DNA of 45,537 bases from a virus. Lineage: Duplodnaviria; Caudoviricetes. The stretch spans positions 1 through 45,537 of IMG/VR virus record IMGVR_UViG_3300043220_000053. One strand, given 5' to 3'. Below, piece by piece: positions 17,959-25,037 of this stretch. Position 1 is the stretch's first letter; each line of letters begins with the position of its first letter. The notes below the pieces were generated by a model, which worked only from the letters and a program-made list of their open reading frames with translations, had not been told where the DNA came from and searched no databases. Position numbers and translations under genes: made by a program.

Positions 17959-18193
17959 TGCGTCTCTTCTTCACGATCGCCCGCAGAGGTATCGCTGTTA
18001 CCCCTGCCCACGCTAGCCTTCTAGGATTTGGGTTCCATGAGTTGGCTAAGTACAAGAATCCGTCCTCCTCTTTCACTCTGAACCCGACAGTGATTATGGA
18101 TTCCGATGCCGCCTGAACATCTTCAGCGTCCTGCCAGCCCGACCAGAGATCGGAGTCCACCCACTCCACCCTGAGAAGTGGGGGCTCCTTCAT
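17948..18193 (-). CDS. Conserved phage hypothetical protein (VEWxDS family)
   Basis: LRVEWVDS..GW...TVGF...IP pattern; the start ATG is part of a 12-bp motif (18191-18202). Confidence 0.7.
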   Translation of the reverse strand: MKEPPLLRVEWVDSDLWSGWQDAEDVQAASESIITVGFRVKEEDGFLYLANSWNPNPRRLAWAGVTAIPLRAIVKKRRIGH

Positions 18194-18339
18194 TTCGTGA
18201 TGGAACGCTTCCAGTTAGTCCTCTGTCTCATCTAACCATCCGCTTTCCCATCCACGGAGGGCCATCAGCGCACACTTTAGACTCCGCCAACACTCACGGA
18301 TGCGAGCGTGCCAACGCAATTCGCCAACCCATATTCGCT

Positions 18340-18630
18340 TCATCCCCTGCTCCTTTCCCTGTAGGCCCGTAGCCTCTCAGCTTCCGAACTCCACTTCTTG
18401 GGCCGTCCCCGCGTACGTTTAATCGGTTCGTCTGTACGGTTATTCCGTACGCTTATTGGTTCCGTACGTTTAATCGGAAGCCCCCCTAACTGAGTCGGAG
18501 GCCCCTGGTGGACGCCCATCGCACCCACCGCCATCTCCTTCACGTAGCCAGGAACAGACGGCTCTATAGCCGCGTGCTCCTCGTATGTCCAGTGAGCCTT
18601 TTTACATAGCTTGCAGACAGGAGGTTTCAT
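18340..18630 (-). CDS. Zn-finger/AT-hook putative DNA-binding protein
   Basis: CKLCKKAH...H; RGRPKKW...AERLRAYRER. Confidence 0.65.
   Translation of the reverse strand: MKPPVCKLCKKAHWTYEEHAAIEPSVPGYVKEMAVGAMGVHQGPPTQLGGLPIKRTEPISVRNNRTDEPIKRTRGRPKKWSSEAERLRAYRERSRG
18412..18477. repeat. Four imperfect YGTACGNTTAWT repeats
   Basis: Copies start at 18412, 18433, 18446 and 18463. Confidence 0.75.
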
Positions 18631-18821
18631 TCAACCTCGCCAATCGCTAACCACACCATCGCTTCCTCAATGCACACAAGGCACCACGTCTTCCCGTTCG
18701 CTATCTGGAGAGTGGGCTGAATGTCGCCTATCTTCATGGGGTTGTACTCCCACTTGTGGCCCTTAGTACAGGAACCTTTGACCTTCTGGGCCATAGCGTA
18801 GGTGATGTTATTCTCTGACAC
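18627..18821 (-). CDS. Small Cys/His protein
   Basis: RBS GGAAGG, GTG start; CxxGH...CxxC. Confidence 0.6.
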   Translation of the reverse strand: MSENNITYAMAQKVKGSCTKGHKWEYNPMKIGDIQPTLQIANGKTWCLVCIEEAMVWLAIGEVE

Positions 18822-19127
18822 TTTTTACCTTCCTAAAATGTACGGGTAGAAGCCTAGATGGTTAACTGAGAAGCGCCAATCGGGAACCCGTCGCGGTATA
18901 GACGAGACCCCCTTAATTAAGCGCCGGAGCACTCACCTGCCCTATCCATTCCCTACCTATGGGTTCACACTATATCTATTATGTAAGGCTCTACAGATAG
19001 GGTCTACAGGCACTTAGTTCTTTACGTCACAGATGCTATAGGCCGTGTCTATGGCTGGGCTGGCCTTAGCTCTATCTGGCTAGCCCCAGCCTAGCCGGGC
19101 CTTTTGGTGTCTGTGGGCGTGGGTGAG

Positions 19128-19301
19128 TTAACCCTCTACCGCATTGGGCATAACCACAACACCTGCCCCATACCTCAGGTCGCCACACCTAGAGCAGACG
19201 TGAGTAGCCTGCGCGTAGGTGGAATGGAACAGACAGTCACAGGTTGACGGCGCTACCTCTACCCACACATGGTCACAGGGCAGCTTGTCATGCAGGTTCA
19301 T
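19128..19301 (-). CDS. Small Cys-rich protein
   Basis: MNLHDKLPCDHVW...CDC...CSRC; ATGA-coupled to the upstream gene. Confidence 0.55.
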   Translation of the reverse strand: MNLHDKLPCDHVWVEVAPSTCDCLFHSTYAQATHVCSRCGDLRYGAGVVVMPNAVEG

Positions 19302-19573
19302 GTCTTCACCCTCACCTGTGGGACTGCCGTTCTCAACCAATCAGGCAGGGTATCGGGAAAGCTGTCGGCCCGCGCATAAAGAAAGCACTGTCTCGATGCT
19401 GGGTCATACTCTTGGCTAAGGGATAAACTTGGCTCATTGATGTGCCTACCTTGCCTTCGAGCCGACCGTTCAAGCCAGCGTTTCAATATATCCCTAACAG
19501 CCGCTCCACTACGGGATGCGGGAGCAATTCGCAGCCTCACACGCTCTTCTGTCGGGGTTATCGTTTCACTCAT
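19298..19573 (-). CDS. Hypothetical protein
   Basis: RBS GGAGGT before the ATG at 19573. Confidence 0.6.
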   Translation of the reverse strand: MSETITPTEERVRLRIAPASRSGAAVRDILKRWLERSARRQGRHINEPSLSLSQEYDPASRQCFLYARADSFPDTLPDWLRTAVPQVRVKT

Positions 19574-19902
19574 GTCTTCACCTCCATCTAGGGCTGTTAA
19601 CCCTCTCCCACATAGGACACACCGCACCCGTGCAGGCTCAGTGTAAGCCAGAGCTTATTATAGCCGTCAGCCCGCTTGAACAAGCATATATCCACAACCC
19701 AGCGACGAAAACGCACTTGGCCGAAGCCAAACCACATACCATATCGGTAGAAACCAACCCCATATCTCACGTCTCCACCCTCACTTGCTCCATCTGCTGA
19801 ATCAGGCCCCAGAGTAGGAGCCAGTCGTTCTCATTAACCGGGCGTGCGCCTAGACGAAGGTACTTGCCGTGGCCCATCTGCCAAAGTAGGAGCTGATGCC
19901 AG

Positions 19903-20331
19903 CTATTCAACGACTTCCCCCTCTATAATGGGGCGTTCCTTAGAGATGAAGTTGATCGTGATGTGCTGAGCGTTGAGAGGCATCTTAGGGCCTGTCAGGG
20001 CCTCGATGATTCTGATCTCCTTATCCATGCCCACGGCGGCACCAATAACTGCTGCTGATCCCTTCAGATGAGGCGCCTCAGACTGAGCGCGTTCAAACAG
20101 CAAGTCGTTGAGCGCTATCTGGTCCGCCCATAGGTCGCGCATTCTTTCCTGCGCAAGCCCCGCGAGATCGGCGTCCTGGGCGCACCAGATGTCGATAGAG
20201 CGCGCCGCCGGTGAGCGTTCAGGGTACTTCAAAGCGAGTTCTTGGGCCACCCTGGCGTGGCTCATGCCGTCTCTGACGAGCACTAGAGCTTGGGCCTTCA
20301 TCTCTGGGGTGTACGGTGTTCCATCTGGCAT
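19903..20331 (-). CDS. Terminase small subunit (putative)
   Basis: N-terminal HTH, two long helices, C-terminal beta strand (ITINF) and IEGEVVE tail; first gene of the late block. Confidence 0.65.
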   Translation of the reverse strand: MPDGTPYTPEMKAQALVLVRDGMSHARVAQELALKYPERSPAARSIDIWCAQDADLAGLAQERMRDLWADQIALNDLLFERAQSEAPHLKGSAAVIGAAVGMDKEIRIIEALTGPKMPLNAQHITINFISKERPIIEGEVVE

Positions 20332-20397
20332 TGGTACCCTCTATATCACTTAGGCTAAAGTTAACTACATTCTATCAGTTCAGATAGGAACGAATGC

Positions 20398-20426
20398 TTG
20401 ACTAGTGTTAGGAGTAGTGCTAATGT
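20398..20426 (+). promoter_or_regulatory. Sigma-70-type promoter for the rightward island
   Basis: TTGACT-17 bp-TAATGT with an extended TG. Confidence 0.75.
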
Positions 20427-20430
20427 TGTT

Positions 20431-20467
20431 GTAGTCATGGTAGTAGTTAGGAGGGAAGACACGATGG
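20431..20467 (+). repeat. 37-bp leader/RBS repeat, copy 1
   Basis: GTAGTCATGGTAGTAGTTAGGAGGGAAGACACGATGG, identical to 21436-21472. Confidence 0.95.
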
Positions 20468-20595
20468 CAAAGATTTCGTACACGACGGGGCGACCCTGCA
20501 AGACAGTATTCCAAACTACCAGCGGGCCAAGCCCTTGTAGGAATGACGCATCGCGTGGATCACCCTACTGCCTACGCTGCAAGCACGGCCGCTAG
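20464..20595 (+). CDS. Cys-rich microprotein (43 aa)
   Basis: RBS AGGAGG; C...C...CxxC. Confidence 0.65.
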   Translation: MAKISYTTGRPCKTVFQTTSGPSPCRNDASRGSPYCLRCKHGR

Positions 20596-20814
20596 ATGAT
20601 ACAGCCAGATAAGAAAGTCATTGACACGCTGCGCTATGTATGGCAGACGTCAGGAGGCATCCACCCAGTCTGGGCACACTGCCCTATTAGTATGCTTCTG
20701 GCGTACCTCACCGATGAACCCCATGAGTGCAAAGCCTGTGATCGAGCGCACCCACCCGATGACATCAGTAGATTCCAATGGAACGCCTATCGTTGGCCGA
20801 CTGCACGAAAGTAA
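20596..20814 (+). CDS. Small Cys/His protein
   Basis: Coupled to the upstream stop; H..HC...CxxC. Confidence 0.6.
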   Translation: MIQPDKKVIDTLRYVWQTSGGIHPVWAHCPISMLLAYLTDEPHECKACDRAHPPDDISRFQWNAYRWPTARK

Positions 20815-20842
20815 CTCCCATTTCATCATGAGAGGAGACGAT

Positions 20843-21181
20843 ATGGAACACACAGCCTGCACTTGTCATGCCGCCGAGCATATTCCCTCACAAGAAGAAC
20901 TAGAGCAAGACAAGGAATCCTTTGAGCGCTCGGACGTCGCCGTCGAGACTAGAATAGACATCGTGCTCTGCCCCTTGCACGCCGCCGCACCGGAGCTGTT
21001 GGAGGCGCTGGAACAAATGGTGCGGCACGGGGAGCACGATGGCTCTTGCACCGATGAGAGTGGCGACCCACGAGGGCCAGATACTTACAAAGGCGAAGGC
21101 TGCCTGCTACACTGGCAGACATCTCAGCACCGAGAAGACTTAGCCCACGCCGCCATCAAGGCCGCGAAGGGGGACGCATGA
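20843..21181 (+). CDS. AAAPELLEAL-family protein A1
   Basis: RBS AGGAG; CPLHAAAPELLEALE...AAIKAAKGDA. Confidence 0.8.
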   Translation: MEHTACTCHAAEHIPSQEELEQDKESFERSDVAVETRIDIVLCPLHAAAPELLEALEQMVRHGEHDGSCTDESGDPRGPDTYKGEGCLLHWQTSQHREDLAHAAIKAAKGDA

Positions 21182-21288
21182 CCTACATATATGAACATTC
21201 TGGAATCTGTCGTAACTGTGGCTGCAAGCGCACTGACCTAGACAAGACTAACCTGTGCTTCGGCTGCTGGAAGGACGGCTATCGATGA
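21178..21288 (+). CDS. Zn-finger microprotein (36 aa)
   Basis: ATGA-coupled at both ends; CRNC...CFGC. Confidence 0.6.
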   Translation: MTYIYEHSGICRNCGCKRTDLDKTNLCFGCWKDGYR

Positions 21289-21455
21289 CACAACCCACTA
21301 CCTACACCTGCCAAGTCTGTAACTACACCTGGACGCCCAGACCGACACGGTTCGAGCAGCAAGACCGCACCAAACCAGTAGCCTGTCCTAACTGTCAGTC
21401 CCGTAATTGGGATAGGCCGCGACAAAACGAGCCTAGTAGTCATGGTAGTAGTTAG
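21285..21455 (+). CDS. Zn-ribbon protein (CxxC-x3-WxPR...CPxC..W)
   Basis: CQVCNYTWTPR...PVACPNCQSRNW; paralog of 35914-36048. Confidence 0.7.
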   Translation: MTQPTTYTCQVCNYTWTPRPTRFEQQDRTKPVACPNCQSRNWDRPRQNEPSSHGSS

Positions 21456-21472
21456 GAGGGAAGACACGATGG
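21436..21472 (+). repeat. 37-bp leader/RBS repeat, copy 2
   Basis: Identical to 20431-20467. Confidence 0.95.
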
Positions 21473-21630
21473 TAGACCGACACGGACATGATTGCGTAGA
21501 GTGTGGCAAGTTCTTCGAATGCCTGTGCAATTCCCGCTTTGGCGTTAAGCGTGACCTGTGTGACCTGTGTTTGGAGGCCATACTCGGCCCGGAGCCGAAG
21601 ACCCGCACATTCACCATTAGCGACCGTTAG
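21469..21630 (+). CDS. Cys-rich microprotein (53 aa)
   Basis: Follows the duplicated leader; CVEC..CLC..CDLC. Confidence 0.7.
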   Translation: MVDRHGHDCVECGKFFECLCNSRFGVKRDLCDLCLEAILGPEPKTRTFTISDR

Positions 21631-21682
21631 TCCCTCCAGCCTCCATCACATGATGGGTCGGACAGAGAAAGGAAGCATTGAA

Positions 21683-21907
21683 ATGAAGCGAGATAAGCCA
21701 CGTCACCAAGGTGAATCGGGCCTCCCGCCCAATGACATCCGCGAACGTGTCAGAGCGGCGAGAACTCTGATAGACGCCCAACCTAACGCAGAGCACCAGA
21801 AGGATATGGAGCTGGAAGCGTTCATGGGTCTATTTTATCCTGAATTACAACGGGATCGGGCTTACATGAGAAGCCTGAAGAAGAACCGCAACGAGTCCAA
21901 GCCATGA
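21683..21907 (+). CDS. Hypothetical protein
   Basis: RBS AAGGAAG; helical, 74 aa. Confidence 0.6.
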   Translation: MKRDKPRHQGESGLPPNDIRERVRAARTLIDAQPNAEHQKDMELEAFMGLFYPELQRDRAYMRSLKKNRNESKP

Positions 21908-21918
21908 GAGGAGACGAT

Positions 21919-22143
21919 ATGGAACACACACCTGGGCCGAAATGGTATATCACGGAACTAAACGACGGTATCCAGTGGCTCACAGACGGAGACTTTGGCA
22001 TGTACCCCGCCGCCGCACCGGAGCTGTTGGAGGCGCTGGAGGGGTTGCGGCTATGGGTTCTCGGCGATTGCGACATCAACAAAATGAACAGCATTATGGA
22101 CCAGGCTCGCGCCGCCATCAAGGCCGCGAAGGGGGACGCATGA
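21919..22143 (+). CDS. AAAPELLEAL-family protein A2 (HTPGPW type)
   Basis: MEHTPGPKW...AAAPELLEALE...ARAAIKAAKGDA. Confidence 0.8.
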   Translation: MEHTPGPKWYITELNDGIQWLTDGDFGMYPAAAPELLEALEGLRLWVLGDCDINKMNSIMDQARAAIKAAKGDA

Positions 22144-22418
22144 AAACCAGATACCAGGAGAAGCATTACGAGGACGTGGCAGGCATCCTCAATACGCACC
22201 GAACGTCACAAACACGGTGGGCGTGGTCAAATGCTGCATCTACGGTTCTGGCAAAAGCCTTCGCTGACCTCTTCGCCGCCGACAATCCCCCAGGCTGCAT
22301 CCACTGTAACAAGTCTCCAGGGGTAAGCTCAGCCTGCCGCTCCCCATACATGAGGCATCATTTCGAGGGTGGCTTCGACCGTGAGCAATTCCTAGCAGCC
22401 TGCGGGCTGGAGTCCTAG
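22140..22418 (+). CDS. FDRxxFLAACG-family protein B1
   Basis: YQEKHYEDVA...FADLFAADNP...GFDREQFLAACG. Confidence 0.8.
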   Translation: MKTRYQEKHYEDVAGILNTHRTSQTRWAWSNAASTVLAKAFADLFAADNPPGCIHCNKSPGVSSACRSPYMRHHFEGGFDREQFLAACGLES

Positions 22419-22439
22419 CATTTCATCATGGAGGGAATC

Positions 22440-22667
22440 ATGACAACAAATAGGCCGCCGATGCCAGAGGGTATGTGGACATGTCGCGCCTGCCGCGCCT
22501 GGAACAATGACATACGAAACTACTGCTACAAATGCACTGCCGCCAAAGCGCATTTACCATGCGGGATGTGCGGAGGGAGAGGAAGCGTACCTGCCACTGA
22601 GTACGGCGACCCTGCCCGCCAGCAGCCAGTCGCTATCAGAGTAAATTGCCCCCGTTGTATGGATTAG
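22440..22667 (+). CDS. RanBP2-type plus DnaJ-type Zn-finger protein
   Basis: WTCRACRAWNNDIRNYCYKC and CGMCGGRG...CPRC. Confidence 0.75.
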   Translation: MTTNRPPMPEGMWTCRACRAWNNDIRNYCYKCTAAKAHLPCGMCGGRGSVPATEYGDPARQQPVAIRVNCPRCMD

Positions 22668-22685
22668 CAGAAAGGAAGGGAATCA

Positions 22686-22961
22686 ATGACACAGAACTAC
22701 CAAGAGAAGCATTACGAGGACGTGGCCCGCATCCTCCGACTGCGCTATCAGTATTACCACTCCTACGAGGCACGTCTGGCCTTAGAGTCAACGGCCCAGG
22801 ACTTCGCCGACCTCTTCGCCGCCGACAATCCCAATATATGCTGTAATCAACCTGTAGGAATAGAGAAGGTATGTCTTTCACGTTGTCCCTGTGCGAAACA
22901 CCACCCTAGAAACGGCTTCGACCGTGGGCGATTCCTAGCAGTCTGCGGCATAGAATCCTAG
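22686..22961 (+). CDS. FDRxxFLAACG-family protein B2
   Basis: Same three constant blocks as B1. Confidence 0.8.
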   Translation: MTQNYQEKHYEDVARILRLRYQYYHSYEARLALESTAQDFADLFAADNPNICCNQPVGIEKVCLSRCPCAKHHPRNGFDRGRFLAVCGIES

Positions 22962-22985
22962 CATTTCATCATGAGAGGAGACGAT

Positions 22986-23225
22986 ATGACAAAGCGCCGA
23001 ACCTGCGACGATTGCAACCCCCTCTGGGATCGCAAGTTGAACGTCAAGGCGATTCAGCTCTGCCCCTTGCACGCTGCCGCACCGGCGCTGCTGTCGGCGC
23101 TGGAGCATTGCGCCTCTGCTATAGCCGTGAACCTAGAGGGAACGTCGCCGGAAACGGAAGGCACCTTCTGGTTTAGCGCATACGATGAGGCCCGCGCCGC
23201 CATTGAGGCCGCGAACAAGTCCTAG
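22986..23225 (+). CDS. AAAPELLEAL-family protein A3
   Basis: CDDC...CPLHAAAPALLSALE...ARAAIEAA. Confidence 0.8.
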   Translation: MTKRRTCDDCNPLWDRKLNVKAIQLCPLHAAAPALLSALEHCASAIAVNLEGTSPETEGTFWFSAYDEARAAIEAANKS

Positions 23226-23251
23226 CCCATTTCATCATAGGAAGGGAGAAC

Positions 23252-23419
23252 ATGAAGCCTCTACCGCCAGACATCCAGGAATTAGCGGACAAGATTGCCC
23301 GCCATCACGTTCACAGATGCCCTATTTGCTCAATCATCTGGGGCTGCCAAGTGGAGCAATGCAAGCCCACAAACGGCTTGTTGGCCCATACCCCCTGCCA
23401 AAACCATCAAGAATCCTAG
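23252..23419 (+). CDS. Cys/His-rich microprotein (55 aa)
   Basis: RBS GGAAGGGAG; HRCPIC...C...C...CxxH; ends GAATCCTAG like its neighbours. Confidence 0.7.
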   Translation: MKPLPPDIQELADKIARHHVHRCPICSIIWGCQVEQCKPTNGLLAHTPCQNHQES

Positions 23420-23437
23420 CCCTGAAAGGAAGGGACA

Positions 23438-23674
23438 ATGGAACAGCCCCTAACACCGCAAGAGTATCAGCACTGGAAAGACACAGCCATCGCCGATGGA
23501 GACATCATTGATAGGTTCGCGGCCACCATTGACAACCTCTTCGCCGTCAACGCCAAGCTCCTAGAGGCGCTGGGCTCGATGCCTGCAAACCCACGTAGTC
23601 TCGCAGAGGCCAACGACATCATCTACAACGCTAAACTGCGGGGCGCCGCTGCTATTAAGGAGGCAAGGAAGTGA
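23438..23674 (+). CDS. Divergent LLEAL...AAI-family protein A4
   Basis: RBS GGAAGGG; KLLEALG...AAAIKEARK. Confidence 0.7.
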   Translation: MEQPLTPQEYQHWKDTAIADGDIIDRFAATIDNLFAVNAKLLEALGSMPANPRSLAEANDIIYNAKLRGAAAIKEARK

Positions 23675-23856
23675 AACTGCCGCTCGCCCTTGTTAAGTTT
23701 CGGGCTCGCAGGCTCTATCACGGTTACTACAACTGGGTTGATCAGTACGATTGCGGACGGGAAGTGTTCGAGCACATCAACCCTGAAGCCCGCAAAATGC
23801 GATTGAAACTGGAGTCGCTTGTCAATGAAGTCAAAGCCCGCGAACCAAACAAATAG
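23671..23856 (+). CDS. Hypothetical protein, last gene of the island
   Basis: GTGA-coupled, with RBS. Confidence 0.6.
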   Translation: MKLPLALVKFRARRLYHGYYNWVDQYDCGREVFEHINPEARKMRLKLESLVNEVKAREPNK

Positions 23857-23914
23857 AGCGCCCCACACAGGACGCCCAATCTACTCTGATCCTAGCACAC
23901 ACTCACGGGAGCCG

Positions 23915-24367
23915 TCAAACGGGAACGTTGTCAACCTCACTCGCGTCCGGCCCGCCACCAGCCCTATGTATACCCCGCGACACTTCGTTTACAGTGTCCA
24001 CGTTGAGCCAGTCACACATCGCCTCTATCGACTCGCTCACCACCTTGTTCACGTCCCCGCCGGTGATCCCCCAATAGTCCCCCACTTTCTCCCGCCAGTT
24101 GTACGGCTTCATCCCGTTCCGCCAACTCCCGCCCCCCAAACACAGCGTCATGAATACTATCTCTCTATCACGAAATGGCAGCAACTTCATCGCCTGCTCT
24201 ATGTCCGACCAGACACAGCTAGAGGACGCCCACGGCGCCTCTAACAACGGTGCGGCCTGAGTGCCCAACCTGTCCTCTGGTGGGCGCTGACGCGCTCCCT
24301 GCGCCCTACGCTGGTGGCCCGCGAGGAGGTTCCTGACCATGCCTGGGGTGTAGATCGTGTCTCTCAC
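23915..24367 (-). CDS. Sigma-70 region-4-like HTH regulator (late activator/antiterminator candidate)
   Basis: DIEQAMKLLPFRDREIV...EKVGDYWGITGGDVNKVVSESIEAM; last gene of the middle operon. Confidence 0.65.
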   Translation of the reverse strand: MRDTIYTPGMVRNLLAGHQRRAQGARQRPPEDRLGTQAAPLLEAPWASSSCVWSDIEQAMKLLPFRDREIVFMTLCLGGGSWRNGMKPYNWREKVGDYWGITGGDVNKVVSESIEAMCDWLNVDTVNEVSRGIHRAGGGPDASEVDNVPV

Positions 24368-24579
24368 ATCACCCTCACTGCCAACGTCGCCGCCGCCACG
24401 GTCACAATGAACGCCGCCAGCAACCCCGCACCGATAATCCGCTGCTGCCAGCGAGTCAGTGCCGCCACCTGCCCGTTCTGCGCCTTCAGGTGGCCCTTGA
24501 TTTCCTTCAAGCTGTCGTTGACCTCGACGTAGTACGCCTCCAGCGTCGCTACACGCTCTCCTAACGGCTTACCCGGCAC
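24364..24579 (-). CDS. XhlA-like lysis-associated membrane protein
   Basis: ERVATLE coiled coil, QNGQV, C-terminal TM segment. Confidence 0.6.
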   Translation of the reverse strand: MPGKPLGERVATLEAYYVEVNDSLKEIKGHLKAQNGQVAALTRWQQRIIGAGLLAAFIVTVAAATLAVRVM

Positions 24580-24786
24580 CTACTTACCCTTATAGCGGGT
24601 GATGGCGTCGCCTGTCGCCTCAGCACCTATGTAGAGAGCCAAGCCGCTCGCAGCAATCGTCAGCACCTCAGCGCTAAACTCAGCGACCTCCAGCCCGTCA
24701 AACATGATGAGGACGAAACCACCAAACGCCGCCATGAACTTCCGGCTGGTGTAGCGCCGGAACAGGTCTATCAGTATCTCCTTCAT
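24580..24786 (-). CDS. Holin
   Basis: SRKF motif, two TM helices, YIGAEA..D; near the endolysin. Confidence 0.75.
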   Translation of the reverse strand: MKEILIDLFRRYTSRKFMAAFGGFVLIMFDGLEVAEFSAEVLTIAASGLALYIGAEATGDAITRYKGK

Positions 24787-24908
24787 TTCTTCTCCTCACA
24801 ATCAGCGTGACACTTACACAAACGCGCCTCTCGCAGACAACGACACTGATTATCCCAGCCATATTTCACGGCGAATCCCCACCCACACTTGTCACACTTA
24901 GTCTTCAT
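24783..24908 (-). CDS. Cys-rich microprotein (41 aa)
   Basis: RBS GGAGG; MKTKCDKCG...CRC...CKCH..C; ATGA-coupled. Confidence 0.55.
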   Translation of the reverse strand: MKTKCDKCGWGFAVKYGWDNQCRCLREARLCKCHADCEEKK

Positions 24909-25037
24909 CGTCGCCTCCGTTTCTCTCGCTCATTACGCTGTCTTGTTGCTTCCCGATCAGCTTCTATGATGAGCCACAGCCCCACGCCGAAAATGGCAGC
25001 AACGCTAAGCGCGATGGCAGCGGCCACGATCTCCCCA

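Noticed and set aside
45-18024. Long plus-strand ORFs opposite the structural genes (for example 10847-11500, 12026-12700, 13334-14053)
   Set aside because: Antisense shadows of GC-rich coding sequence, with no RBS or recognisable motifs
19903-20331. IS transposase OrfA, suggested by the YTPEMK HTH
   Set aside because: No DDE partner or IS ends; size, C-terminus and position fit TerS better
20843-23225. Diversity-generating retroelement
   Set aside because: No reverse transcriptase is encoded, and the paralog differences are block replacements, not adenine-specific substitutions
20431-23440. CRISPR array or integron
   Set aside because: The repeats are irregularly spaced and contain RBS/start codons, the spacers are whole genes, and I see no cas genes, integron integrase or attC hairpins
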